A stretch of 64,000 nt of DNA from Planctomycetota bacterium (GTDB lineage Bacteria > Planctomycetota > JAJSAM01 > JAJVHW01): assembly GCA_965248445.1 (NCBI GenBank), contig CBDFJG010000004.1, forward strand, positions 704,001-768,000. Direction: 5' to 3'. Both the position numbers and the translations under genes were made by a program. Within the stretch, counting starts at the first letter, position 1. Every line of letters starts with the position of its first letter. The notes beneath the pieces were generated by a model. That model saw only the letters and a list, made by a program, of their open reading frames with translations. It was not told the DNA's origin and did not search any database. Of the stretch, positions 35,080 through 45,312 are shown piece after piece.

Positions 35080-37014
35080 GTGGCTCGCACCATCCCATCC
35101 CGCGACATCCTCCCAGTCACGCTGGGTACCGCCGGGCACATCGATCACGGCAAGACGACGTTGCTTCGCGCTCTCGCCGGCGATGAGGGTGACACGGACC
35201 GGCTCGCGGAGGAGCGGGCACGCGGTCTGACGATCGACATCGGGTACGCCGAGCTTCGCGTCGCGGACGACCTCGAGGTCGGCGTCGTGGACGTGCCCGG
35301 TCACGAGAAGTTCATCCGCAACATGGTCGCTGGAGCCACGGGCATCGACGTGGTGCTGCTCGTCGTGGCGGCTGACGACGGTGTCATGCCGCAGACGCGC
35401 GAGCACCTGCAGATCATGTCTCTCCTCGGTCTGTCCACAGGTGTGATCGCGATCACGAAGTCCGACACCGTGGACGCGGAGATGGTCGAGCTGGTCGCCT
35501 CCGAGGTCGAGGACCTCGTCCAGGGCACGTTCCTGGAGGGCGCCAAGCTGCTCCCGGTCTCGGCCGTCTCCGGCGCGGGCCTGGACGACCTGCGTGATGA
35601 GATCGCCCGCCTGGTGCGAGAAGCGCCCCGCCGCGACGTGGACGGGTTCTTCAGGATGCCCGTGCTGCGCGTGTTCACGTCCGAGGGCTTCGGCACGGTC
35701 GTCACGGGCATCCCGAGTTCGGGGCGCATCTCAGTCGGCAATCGTGTGCACGTGCAACCCAGTGAACGGGTGGGCCGCGTACGCGGGCTGCAGGTCTACC
35801 ACCGCCCGTCCGAACACGCAGAAGCCGGGCACCGCACGGCGATCAACATCGCTGACCTCGAGCGCAAGAAGGTCCGGCGAGGCGACGTGGTCTGCGAACC
35901 GGACGTGTTCGCCGAGACGCGCATCGTGGATGCGAAGCTGCACGTCCTCGAGACCATGCCGCGCCCGCTGCGACACAACTCCGAGGTGAGGCTGCACGTC
36001 GGCACGCTGGAGTGCGCGGCCCGCGTCCTCCTCGTAGGCCGCAAGATCCTCGCGCCGGGTGAGACCGGGTGGGTGCAGCTCAAACTGGATCGCGAGGCGC
36101 TCGTCGCGCCGGGCGATCGCTTCATCGTCCGCACGCCGTCTCACGTCGCGACGATCGGCGGCGGGCTGCTCCTCGGCGCCGGCTCACTCGCGATGCGCCG
36201 GCGGGGCAAGGGCCGCGCGGAGATGTTCGCCGAGCGCGAGCGCGGGCTGGCCGACCCGCGCGTCGCCGTCGCTTCAGAGGTAAGACGTGCCGGACTCGCG
36301 GGGGTCGAGCGCCGGGATCTGGTTCGCGCACTCATGCGGCGCCCCGACGAGCTGGCGCCCCTGGTCGACGCTCTCGTGGCAGACGGCCTCCTGGTGTCGC
36401 TCGGCCGCGCGCTGCTCGTTCACGGCGACGAGGCGGCGCGCGGCGAGCAGGCGATCATCGAAGCGCTCGACCGATTCCACCGCCAGCAGCCGCTGGCGCT
36501 CGGAGTCCGCAAGGCGACGCTTCCGGGACGCCTCCAGGCATCCGGGGACGTCGTGGACGGCCTCCTCGGACGCCTCGCGGAGGATGGCCGCGTCGAGCAT
36601 CTCTCCGAGGGCCGCGTCCGACTCGGGGGGCGCGGAGCCGAACTGTCCGACGCGCAGCGCGCGCGGCAGGAGCGGATCCTCGAGACGCTGGCCGCGGATC
36701 CCTGGCAGACACCGCGCGCGAAAACGCTTCCCGAGTTGATCGGCGCGCTGCCCGCAGAGACCGACCAGTTGCTGACCATCCTCGAACACGACGGCGCGAT
36801 CGTCCGCCTGAAGGAGGGGATACTGTTCCTCGCGACGTCCATCGACGAGGTACAGGCGCGCGTCCGCGAACACTGCGCCGAATCCGGGACGCTCTCGCCG
36901 GCGGATCTGCGCGCGCTGTTCGGCATGACCCGCAAGTACGGGATCCCGCTGCTCGAGCACCTCGACGCGATCGGATTCACACGCCGCCAGGGCGACGTAC
37001 GCGTCCTGCGCTGA
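35080..37014 (+). CDS. selB: Selenocysteine-specific elongation factor SelB
   Basis: GTAGHIDHGKTT, RGLTIDIG, DVPGHEKFIRNM, TKSD, GFGTVVTG; C-terminal TRKYGIPLLEHLD...TRRQGDVR. Confidence 0.96.
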   Translation: MARTIPSRDILPVTLGTAGHIDHGKTTLLRALAGDEGDTDRLAEERARGLTIDIGYAELRVADDLEVGVVDVPGHEKFIRNMVAGATGIDVVLLVVAADDGVMPQTREHLQIMSLLGLSTGVIAITKSDTVDAEMVELVASEVEDLVQGTFLEGAKLLPVSAVSGAGLDDLRDEIARLVREAPRRDVDGFFRMPVLRVFTSEGFGTVVTGIPSSGRISVGNRVHVQPSERVGRVRGLQVYHRPSEHAEAGHRTAINIADLERKKVRRGDVVCEPDVFAETRIVDAKLHVLETMPRPLRHNSEVRLHVGTLECAARVLLVGRKILAPGETGWVQLKLDREALVAPGDRFIVRTPSHVATIGGGLLLGAGSLAMRRRGKGRAEMFAERERGLADPRVAVASEVRRAGLAGVERRDLVRALMRRPDELAPLVDALVADGLLVSLGRALLVHGDEAARGEQAIIEALDRFHRQQPLALGVRKATLPGRLQASGDVVDGLLGRLAEDGRVEHLSEGRVRLGGRGAELSDAQRARQERILETLAADPWQTPRAKTLPELIGALPAETDQLLTILEHDGAIVRLKEGILFLATSIDEVQARVREHCAESGTLSPADLRALFGMTRKYGIPLLEHLDAIGFTRRQGDVRVLR

Positions 37015-37099
37015 CCCGCGTCCGCCCGGCTTCTGTCCCCGCACCGGCGTAGGGTCATCGACGCGGCCGGCGCCGCGAGTTGTCAGTGTCCTCTTACCT

Positions 37100-38986
37100 A
37101 TGGGCTCGCCTTGCCGCGGCGCCAGAGGGAGTCCCGTCATCGTCAGGAGAGCGCACTCCGCCAGCCCCGGCGCGCCGGCCGAAGTCCGGACCCCGGCATC
37201 CGGAGCCCGGACTTCCCAAACCCCAGCGGAACGACGGTGGATCGTCGCCGCGCCGCGTCCACTGCTCTGCCGCAGTCTGGCTGCAGAGTTGAGCATCGGT
37301 GAGATCGCGGTTCAGTGCCTCGTCAACCGCGGCATCGTGAGCGGAGCGCCGGGCGATCGCGACGATGCGCACACGTACCTCTCGGCCGGACTGGGCGATC
37401 TGCTGCCGCCGGACCGGCTGCCGGACATCGACGCCGCCGTCGCCCGTTTGCGGCAGGCGCTGCGCGACAACGAGACGATCTGCGTCTGGGGCGATTACGA
37501 CGTGGACGGCATCGGGGGCGCGTCGGTGCTCATCCGGTTCCTGCGGCAGATGGGTGCGGAGCGCGTCGTGCCCCTCATTCCCGAGCGGACGGGCTCCGGC
37601 TACGGCTTCCACTGGCCGACCATGGAACGGCTGGCGCGCGACGAAGGCGTCACGCTGTTCGTCTCCGTCGACCATGGCTGCACCGCGGTGGACGAAGTCA
37701 CTCGCGCGCAGGAAGCCGGCCTCGACGTCGTGATCGCAGACCACCACGAGATGGCGCCGCAGCTCCCCCCGGCCGTCGCCGTGGTCAATCCGAAGCGACC
37801 CGATTCCGAGTACGAGTTCCCGTACCTCTGTGGGACGGGCGTCGCCATGAAGGTGGCCTGGGCGTTGGCGCAGGACATGTCTCCCGGCGCACGCGTGACG
37901 GACGAGATGCGCGAGTTCCTGTTGACTGCGCTCGGCACCGCGGTGCTCGGCACGGTTGCAGACGTCGTGCCGCTGCGCGGTGAGAACCGGATTATCGTGC
38001 GCCACGGGCTGCGCGTCCTCGCGGAACGGCCGACGGCCGGTCTGCGCGCACTGCTCGACATCTCCCGCGCGACGGCCCCGCTCGACGCGAGCGACGTCGG
38101 GTTCCGTCTCGGCCCGCGGCTGAACGCCGCAGGACGAATGGGCAATGCACGCGCTGCGCTCGAGCTGCTCCTCACCGACGACCCGGTCGAAGCGCGCAAG
38201 CTGGCAGAGTGGCTGGACGACGCAAACACCCGCCGCCGCGCGATCGAGCGCGGCGTGGCGGAGGAGGCGATGGAGCGCGCGCTGGCGGAGTTCGGACCAG
38301 ATCCGGACGGCGGCATCGTGCTCCTGGGCGACGAGTGGCATCACGGCGTGATCGGGATCGTCGCGGCGCGTCTCGTCGACGCCTTCCACGTTCCCGTCGT
38401 CATGATCAGCGCGGCCGGAGGCGTGGCGCGAGGATCGGCGCGCAGCGTGCCCGGTTTCGTGCTGCACGAGGCGCTGCGAGCATGCGGCGAACACCTCGTG
38501 GCGCACGGCGGCCACGCCGCGGCGGCAGGCCTCACCATCGATCCCGCACGGTTCGACGGGTTCCGCGACGCATTCACGGCCTACGTTCGCGAGAACCTTC
38601 CGATCGACGCCCGTAGGCCGCGGCTCGAGGTGGACGCGGAGGTGCCGCTCTCCGCTCTCCGTCCCGGCCTCGTCGCCGAGCTGGCCCGCCTCGCACCCTT
38701 CGGCGCGGGAAACGCCGAGCCCGTCCTCGCGGTGCGCGGTGTTCGCGTAGCCGGGCGCGCACGCCGCATGGGACAGCGCGGAGAGCATGTCGCCTTCCAC
38801 GTACGCGACGAACAGAGCTCGCTCCGCCTGGTCGCGTTCCGGCAGGCCGCCCGCTTCGAGCCACTCCTCTCGGACGGCGGCCCCATCGACGTCGCGTTCG
38901 TGCCGCAGCGGAACCAGTTCCGTGGCCGCGACGAGGTCGAGGGCGTGGTGCGCGACATTCGCCGCTCCGATCCCGCAGGTGGCTAG
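37100..38986 (+). CDS. recJ: ssDNA exonuclease RecJ
   Basis: GDYDVDG, GYG, VDHG, ADHH, GTVADVVPLRGENR, PRLNAAGR, GSARS, GGHAAAAG, PFGAGN; start uncertain. Confidence 0.96.
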   Translation: MGSPCRGARGSPVIVRRAHSASPGAPAEVRTPASGARTSQTPAERRWIVAAPRPLLCRSLAAELSIGEIAVQCLVNRGIVSGAPGDRDDAHTYLSAGLGDLLPPDRLPDIDAAVARLRQALRDNETICVWGDYDVDGIGGASVLIRFLRQMGAERVVPLIPERTGSGYGFHWPTMERLARDEGVTLFVSVDHGCTAVDEVTRAQEAGLDVVIADHHEMAPQLPPAVAVVNPKRPDSEYEFPYLCGTGVAMKVAWALAQDMSPGARVTDEMREFLLTALGTAVLGTVADVVPLRGENRIIVRHGLRVLAERPTAGLRALLDISRATAPLDASDVGFRLGPRLNAAGRMGNARAALELLLTDDPVEARKLAEWLDDANTRRRAIERGVAEEAMERALAEFGPDPDGGIVLLGDEWHHGVIGIVAARLVDAFHVPVVMISAAGGVARGSARSVPGFVLHEALRACGEHLVAHGGHAAAAGLTIDPARFDGFRDAFTAYVRENLPIDARRPRLEVDAEVPLSALRPGLVAELARLAPFGAGNAEPVLAVRGVRVAGRARRMGQRGEHVAFHVRDEQSSLRLVAFRQAARFEPLLSDGGPIDVAFVPQRNQFRGRDEVEGVVRDIRRSDPAGG

Positions 38987-39048
38987 GATTCGGCAGCTGG
39001 CTAGGATCCCGTCAGCTGGCCCGGATCCGGCAGGTGGCTTCGATCCCG
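38969..39048 (+). repeat. Four degenerate 18-19 bp copies of the recJ 3' end
   Basis: GATCCCGCAGGTGGCTAG / GATTCGGCAGCTGGCTAG / GATCCCGTCAGCTGGCCCG / GATCCGGCAGGTGGCTTC. Confidence 0.75.
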
Positions 39049-39109
39049 GAGGGTGATCGGGCACGCCCGGTCGTATCCTGACGGCCCCTCTCCCGAACGG
39101 AGCGCACCG

Positions 39110-40951
39110 ATGACTCACAGTCAGACCTCTCGCTACGTGCTCGTCGCCGTCCTCGCCGGCGCGAGCGTCTGCACCGCGAGCACGGCGCTCGGCCGCGACA
39201 GTTCGTCGCCGCCACCGAAGGAGAAGCTCACGCCGGCGATCGAAGCGGGGCAGTTCCTGACGCACGCTGCGCACCTCGCGTCCGACGAACTGGCCGGACG
39301 CGAATCGGGAACGCCGGGAGGCCGAGCGGCGGAGGACTACGTCGCCAAGCAGTTCGCGAAGGCCGGGCTCCAGCCGTTCGGCGAAGGCGGGACGTTCTTC
39401 GAGGACGTCGTCCTACCGATGCGTCCCATGAAGCCCGACGACACCACACTCGCCGTTCGTGAGGGCGAGGCGTGGAAGCCGCTCGGCGAACCGACGGACG
39501 TCGTCCCCTTCGCGTTCTCGGAGAACGGCACCGTCGCCGCCCCACTCGTGTTCTGCGGATACGGGCTGGTCGACGGCGACTACGAGTGGAACGACTACGC
39601 GGGCATCAATGTCAAGGGCAAGGTGGTCCTCGTCCTGCGGCACGGCCCCAACGAGAAGGACCCCGAGAGTCCCTGGACCATGGGGCGCCGCACACCGCCC
39701 GCGCAACGCATGAAGCTTGCGTTCACGACGAAGGCACAGAACGCCGTGGAAGCAGGCGCGGCCGCATTGCTGATGGTCAACGATCGCCACCACGGCGCGG
39801 CCCCCCTGCCGGCCCGCGTGCCGGGCGCACGCCAGCCTATCCCGGTCATCGCAGTCTCGCGCGCCGTCGCGGACACGCTGGTCGCGCCGTCGGGCAAGAC
39901 GATCGAGGAGTTGCAGATCGAGGTGGACGAGGCGAACAAACCCGCGTCCCGGGAGATCGGCAGGAACGTCACCGTGACGGCGAAGCTCGGCGAGACGCTC
40001 GGACGCAACGTGCTCGCAATTCGACGCGGCAGCGACCCGAAGCTCGCGAGCGAGTGCGTTGTGCTCGGCGCACATCTGGATCACGTCGGAATGGGCAAGT
40101 TCGGCAGTTCGGCCGGACGCGCCGGGCGCGGCAAGATCCACAACGGCGCGGACGACAACGCCTCGGGAACAGCTGCTCTGCTCGAGCTGGCGGGCTTCAT
40201 CGGCGCGCAGCCGGCGCCGAAGCGCACGATCATCTTCGCAGGCTGGTGCGGCGAGGAGATGGGGCTCGTCGGCAGCCGCTCGTACGTCGCCGATCCGCGC
40301 TGGCCGCTCGAGAAGACCGTTGCCTGCATCAATGTCGACATGCTCGGCCGGTACCGCGCGACCAAGGAGTCCGACCGCGGCCTGATGATCGAAGGCACGG
40401 GGACGGGCAGCACATTCGCAGCACTTGCAGAGGGCGCGGCGGCTGCGGAGAAGATCCGCTTCTCGCACGCGCGCGACGGCTGGCGGCAGAGCGACCACTA
40501 CCCCTTCTACGCCGCGGGCGTGCCGGCGCTGTTCTTCACGACGGGGCTGCACGCCGAGTACCACGGCCCGGACGATGACTGGTGGCTTCTCGTGGACGAC
40601 GGCGCGGCGGCCAGCGCCCGCGCTATCGCGCGCGTCACGCTTGCCGTCGCGAACGACTCGGCGCGGCCGGACTTCGCCAAGCTGCCCCCCCGGCCCGTGC
40701 TGGGCGTGCGCCTCCGGGCAGACAAGGACGAGCCCGGCGCCGTGATCGCGTTCCTCGCGCCGGACATGGCCGCAGCGAATGCGGGGCTCGTGGTGAACGA
40801 CCGCATCGTGGAGTTCGACGGCACGGCCGTCGCATCCGACCGCCAGATGTACTCGCTGATCGGCGCGAAAGCCCCCGGCGACGTCGTGACCCTGCGCTTC
40901 TACCGCGGTAGCAAGATGTTGGAGGCCAAGGCGACGCTCAGCGGTCGCTGA
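39110..40951 (+). CDS. M28 family aminopeptidase with PA and PDZ domains
   Basis: LASDELAGR, DYAGINVKGKVV, GAHLDH, NGADDNASG, GEEMGLVGS, SDHYPF, YH, C-terminal PDZ. Confidence 0.93.
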   Translation: MTHSQTSRYVLVAVLAGASVCTASTALGRDSSSPPPKEKLTPAIEAGQFLTHAAHLASDELAGRESGTPGGRAAEDYVAKQFAKAGLQPFGEGGTFFEDVVLPMRPMKPDDTTLAVREGEAWKPLGEPTDVVPFAFSENGTVAAPLVFCGYGLVDGDYEWNDYAGINVKGKVVLVLRHGPNEKDPESPWTMGRRTPPAQRMKLAFTTKAQNAVEAGAAALLMVNDRHHGAAPLPARVPGARQPIPVIAVSRAVADTLVAPSGKTIEELQIEVDEANKPASREIGRNVTVTAKLGETLGRNVLAIRRGSDPKLASECVVLGAHLDHVGMGKFGSSAGRAGRGKIHNGADDNASGTAALLELAGFIGAQPAPKRTIIFAGWCGEEMGLVGSRSYVADPRWPLEKTVACINVDMLGRYRATKESDRGLMIEGTGTGSTFAALAEGAAAAEKIRFSHARDGWRQSDHYPFYAAGVPALFFTTGLHAEYHGPDDDWWLLVDDGAAASARAIARVTLAVANDSARPDFAKLPPRPVLGVRLRADKDEPGAVIAFLAPDMAAANAGLVVNDRIVEFDGTAVASDRQMYSLIGAKAPGDVVTLRFYRGSKMLEAKATLSGR

Positions 40952-40957
40952 CGCCGT

Positions 40958-41797
40958 TCACGACGCCTCCAGCGCCGCGTGCGCGCCCGTCATTTCCATA
41001 GACAGGAGTCCGGCCGCGCGCGACACGTCGAGCGTCAGATTCCGCGGCCGCTCTTCTCCGGGCGGCAGACTCCCGTCCCCGGCAAGAGCGCGTTCGGCCC
41101 GTTCGCGACCCGGCACGCGGAAGTGCTCGAGCAGCAACGATCCGAACTCGAAGCGCGAGAGCGACTCGGCCCCCGACACGTGCAGCGGTCCCGTGTACGG
41201 CATGTCGATCAGGAACGAGATCGCAGCCGCCAGCAGATCGCGCGTGACCGGGCACCGGAACTCGTCGGTGTAGAGACGGCACGGTTCGCCGCGTGCCAGG
41301 CGCTCGGCGAACGCGAGGACCCCCCGGCTCATCTCGAGCGCGTCCCAGATCAAGGACGTGCGCACCACCACAGCCGCGGCGCCGCTCGCGAAGACCGCGT
41401 CCTCGCCGGCGGCCTTCGATCGACCGTACGAATTCGTCGGCCGTGTGACCGCGTCCTCGTCATATGGCGGGCTGCACCCGTCGAACACCATGTCCGAAGA
41501 GACGTGCACGATGCGCAGACCGCGATCGGCCGCGAGAGCGGCGACGTTCGCGGCGCCCGCCACGTTCACGTCGCGCAACCGTTCCATGCTCTCGGATGGG
41601 CGCGCGGCAGCCAGGTTGACGACTGCCCGCGGCGGGCGAGCGTCGCACCAATCCGTCAGCGCGCGCCGATCGCGTACGTCGAGTCGCGAGCTGCGCGGTG
41701 CGTCGACGGGAGTGCGCTGCGCCAGGAGCTTGACGAGCGCGCGGCCGAGGAATCCGCCGCCGCCGAGCACGAGAGTCGGTCGCTGGTCCGGTTGCAC
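40958..41797 (-). CDS. RmlD-like extended SDR (dTDP-4-dehydrorhamnose reductase family)
   Basis: GGGGFLG, VVNLAA, HVSSDMVFDG, YGRSK. Confidence 0.88.
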   Translation of the reverse strand: MQPDQRPTLVLGGGGFLGRALVKLLAQRTPVDAPRSSRLDVRDRRALTDWCDARPPRAVVNLAAARPSESMERLRDVNVAGAANVAALAADRGLRIVHVSSDMVFDGCSPPYDEDAVTRPTNSYGRSKAAGEDAVFASGAAAVVVRTSLIWDALEMSRGVLAFAERLARGEPCRLYTDEFRCPVTRDLLAAAISFLIDMPYTGPLHVSGAESLSRFEFGSLLLEHFRVPGRERAERALAGDGSLPPGEERPRNLTLDVSRAAGLLSMEMTGAHAALEAS

Positions 41798-41863
41798 CGC
41801 GACACCGTACTAGGCCCGCATCGTTCACGAGACACGCGCGCCTGAGCGTTCCCGACGCGGGCC

Positions 41864-42625
41864 CTATGCCCGCACGGCGACGACGACGGCGACCCACGCC
41901 GCGCCGGCGCTCAGGAGAGCCGCAGCGCAGGCGTTCGCCGTCGCGCCGGTCGTCAGCACGTCATCCACGAGCAAGACCCGGCTTCCCTCGACCGATGTCG
42001 CGCGCCGCGGCAACCGGAACGCACGCCGCGCCGTGCGCGGCCCGCAGTAGGCGACGGTCGCGCAGGCCGCGAGGCGCCGCTCGGTCTCGCCCAGCGACGC
42101 CTGGGGCGCCGGGTCGCCGACGCGCGTCAGCCAGTGCCGCTGCAGCGGGAGGCGAAGTACGCGCGCCAGGTCATCGGCCAGCAGCTCGGCGAGATCGAAC
42201 CCCCGCTCTCTGCGTCGGCGACCCGACGCCGGGACCGGGACGAGGTCGTCCACCCACGCGCACTCCGGGAGACCGCGCGCGGCGCGGCGAGTCAGTGCGG
42301 CGAGCGGGAGCGCCAGCAAGCGGTCGTGCCCGTACTTCGCGCGGCGCACGAGTTCCGCCGCGAGACCGGTGTACGGAGCGCCGGCGGCCGCCGCCGCGAA
42401 GCGGGGCCGCATGCGCCGGCAATCCCCGCAGCGCGATGAGAGAAGTCCCTCCCCGAGCGGTGCAGCGCAACGGCGGCACGGCGCCCCATGGGATGCGGGC
42501 ACGTTGGCGAGACACGCGACGCAGAGACCGTGGGCGCTGATCGCGTCGCGCCGGCAGGCTAGGCAGCGCGGCGGCGCAATCAGATCGAGCAGCGCGCCGA
42601 CCGCGCGGACGGGGAACGAGGGCAC
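41864..42625 (-). CDS. comF: ComF family protein (double Zn ribbon + PRTase)
   Basis: Four CxxC pairs, VPVP...RERGFD, VLLVDDVLTTGAT. Confidence 0.92.
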   Translation of the reverse strand: MPSFPVRAVGALLDLIAPPRCLACRRDAISAHGLCVACLANVPASHGAPCRRCAAPLGEGLLSSRCGDCRRMRPRFAAAAAGAPYTGLAAELVRRAKYGHDRLLALPLAALTRRAARGLPECAWVDDLVPVPASGRRRRERGFDLAELLADDLARVLRLPLQRHWLTRVGDPAPQASLGETERRLAACATVAYCGPRTARRAFRLPRRATSVEGSRVLLVDDVLTTGATANACAAALLSAGAAWVAVVVAVRA

Positions 42626-42708
42626 GGAAGGAGGACGGGGACGCGACCGCCCGCGTCACATGCGGCCGGCCACATCACACGCGATACGTCACCGGAGTCG
42701 CTGGGGCG

Positions 42709-42918
42709 TCATCGCGCGAACCACTTCTTCACGTCGAGCGCGTCGAGAACGCCGTCCCAACCGAACAGGTGAGCCAACGTCGCCGCGAGCAGCAGGGCCG
42801 CCCAGACCCAGAACACGATGAGCAGGGCACGATCACCGCGCGTGGTCCGAGCGTCGGACTGCGGCGCATCCGCGCCGGCATCCGGGGCAACCGTTGCATC
42901 ACTGGTCCGTGCGGGCAT
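42709..42918 (-). CDS. Small membrane protein
   Basis: LLIVFWVWAALLLAATLAHLFGW helix. Confidence 0.6.
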   Translation of the reverse strand: MPARTSDATVAPDAGADAPQSDARTTRGDRALLIVFWVWAALLLAATLAHLFGWDGVLDALDVKKWFAR

Positions 42919-42982
42919 GCGCAGAGACTACACGGGATGCGGGAGGAGGAGCACGGCGCGGGCGGACGGACGAAGAGCCGGC

Positions 42983-45058
42983 TCAGACTTCGTCTTCGGA
43001 GACGAGGCCCTTGTCGATCAGCTGCGTGCGCAGCCGCTGCAGATCGCGCAGTTCCTTGACGAGCTTCATCGGGTCGAGGGGCTCGAGGTCTCCACCCTGT
43101 CCGCGATCCTCGAAGTCCTCGATGCTGAACTCGCCGGACTCGCTGGTGTCGTGGATCTCGAACGGCACTTCGATGCCGTCGAGGCGGCCCTCGTCGCTCA
43201 GGCGCAGCACGATCGGCTCGAGCAACGCGGTCAGATCCTTGACCTTCCCCTTCAGGTAGGTAGCGGCCATGCCGCCGCCGCCCGACTCGATCTCCTCGCA
43301 TTCCTGCGTCTCGTCGGGAACGAGTTCCGCGGGCGAGAGTTGTTCGACCGGCGCTGCTGCGGCCTTCTCGGCGCGGCGCCTCGCCTGATCTGCCTCTTCG
43401 TCACCGACCTCCGAGCCCAGCAACCACGCGCCCTTCGGCTTGTCCCCGGACTTGACGCCCCAGTCATAGGGTTCAGGAGCGAGACCCTCGCGTTCCGGCT
43501 CTTCCTCGAGTCCGTCGTCGTCCACCGGTGCGGGCAACACCGCCGAGAGCGGCTTGGTGCGCGTCCCGGCCGCGCCCTCCGGCGCGCGCAGATGGTGGTC
43601 GTCGTCCACCGGCTGCGGCCGCGCACCGTGGTTGGTGATCGGACTGAGCGGCGGCAGTGGACGGTCGTCGAGAACCGCGCGACGGAGATCTTCGATCGCA
43701 TCAGGTGCCGACGGCCGCTCGTCTGCCCGGCTCTCACGCCGGGCGCGACCGCGCACGGCCGCCTCGCGCATCGAGTCCTCGGACTGGCGAGCGTCCTCGA
43801 CGACCTCGGAGACCGAGGTGTCGAGTGTCTCGCGAACCAGATCCTCGACGGCGCCGAAGAGCTGGTCGAACGAGGTCGAGGGAGAGACGTCGTCGGCGCC
43901 GGACGCGGCCGCGGGAGCCGAAGGAGGGGCGGAAGCTGCCGGAGCCGCTGGCGGCGCGCCGGAGAACGACGGGCGGATCGGCGGGAGCCGGTCCTGCTCT
44001 CCAGCGGCGGACGGCTCCGCGTTACGCAGAGGCGGAGTCCGCACGTCGGTGTCCCGATGGTCGGTGCCGCCGGGGAAGGCGGTCGCGACGGGAGGTGCCT
44101 CCTTCGCCACCACGGGTGGCGCGACGGGGGCGACCACGGGTGCCGCGACTCTGGGAGCAACGGGAGGGGCCGGGATCGCCGCGGGCGCCGGAGCGAACGC
44201 AGCGGCCGAGGCAGGCGGCCCGCGGCGCGAACCCTGAACGACTGGCGCCGGCGGCACGATGTCGGTGTTCGTCGCGCCGTGGTAGGCCTCGGTCTCGGTG
44301 GGCGGATGGCGCGGTGCCGGCTCATGCGCGGGCGCAACGGGTGCGTGCGCGGGCGGAGCCGCGGCCGCGGGCAGCGGCGGCGGGACCTGCGCGGGCGCCT
44401 GCGGAACCGGATCGGGACGTCGCGGAGGCGGCCGGAACGCGGGCGGAGCTCCGCCGGCGCCGTGCGACGACGTAGGTCGCATCGCCGGCGGAGGCGGCGG
44501 CGGAGTGGGAGGCGCAGCGTTCGCCGGGCTGGGGGGCGCCGGGACGTGCGGCGCCACGGCGGGAGCGCCGGAGGTCAGCGTGCGGCCTGCCGGTTCCTCG
44601 TCGCGAACGAGTCCGTGCCGCTTCAGCCGCTCGAGGGCCGAGCGCAGATCGAGACCCTCACCGCCGGACGAATTCGGCGGCGCCATCGTGGGAGCTGCGC
44701 GGGTCGGCGCTTCGAGTTCTCCGTGGTTCGACTCGAACGTCGGATTGGGTGCCGGTGCGGGGCGCGGCGGCATGCGCTCTGCGGCGTCGAACACCTCGAG
44801 GCCCCGTTCGATCGCATCGCGATCTACGCGGGCGAGCGCACCGGATTCGTCCGCCAGTTGCGGCACCATCGCCTCGAGAGCATCCTGCGACTCGTCGAAG
44901 AACTGCCGCACCTCGTCGTCGATGCGATGGTCGCGACGAACCGGGTCCTCTTCCTTGCGCGACTCGCGGAATCGCTGCTCCAGAGCCTCGATCTCACGCC
45001 GGTGGCGCTGGAGATCGAACTCGGGCTCGGGCGGGCTGTCTTTGGATTCGTCGGACAT
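42983..45058 (-). CDS. Pro/Ala-rich, largely disordered hypothetical protein
   Basis: Charged helical N-terminus, long P/A-rich tract, acidic C-terminus ending LIDKGLVSEDEV. Confidence 0.75.
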   Translation of the reverse strand: MSDESKDSPPEPEFDLQRHRREIEALEQRFRESRKEEDPVRRDHRIDDEVRQFFDESQDALEAMVPQLADESGALARVDRDAIERGLEVFDAAERMPPRPAPAPNPTFESNHGELEAPTRAAPTMAPPNSSGGEGLDLRSALERLKRHGLVRDEEPAGRTLTSGAPAVAPHVPAPPSPANAAPPTPPPPPPAMRPTSSHGAGGAPPAFRPPPRRPDPVPQAPAQVPPPLPAAAAPPAHAPVAPAHEPAPRHPPTETEAYHGATNTDIVPPAPVVQGSRRGPPASAAAFAPAPAAIPAPPVAPRVAAPVVAPVAPPVVAKEAPPVATAFPGGTDHRDTDVRTPPLRNAEPSAAGEQDRLPPIRPSFSGAPPAAPAASAPPSAPAAASGADDVSPSTSFDQLFGAVEDLVRETLDTSVSEVVEDARQSEDSMREAAVRGRARRESRADERPSAPDAIEDLRRAVLDDRPLPPLSPITNHGARPQPVDDDHHLRAPEGAAGTRTKPLSAVLPAPVDDDGLEEEPEREGLAPEPYDWGVKSGDKPKGAWLLGSEVGDEEADQARRRAEKAAAAPVEQLSPAELVPDETQECEEIESGGGGMAATYLKGKVKDLTALLEPIVLRLSDEGRLDGIEVPFEIHDTSESGEFSIEDFEDRGQGGDLEPLDPMKLVKELRDLQRLRTQLIDKGLVSEDEV

Positions 45059-45312
45059 GACTCATTGCCTCGCAGGCGCCTGGCGAGGCCCGGTGACTCA
45101 TCGGGAAAGCCGAGAGGCTGACTGAAACCGCGATGCGAGCCTGCCAGGCTCGATCTTCGGCCCCACGTCGGCGCTGAGGGTCCCCGACTCCCTGCGGAGG
45201 GCAAGACGATCGGCTCCGGCCGGGCTCCCGCGCGTCCGGCGGGCGTAGCGCGCTCCCCCACGCTCGCGCATAATCGCGCGGTGCCGGACGACGACGCCCC
45301 GAGAGCGGATGG

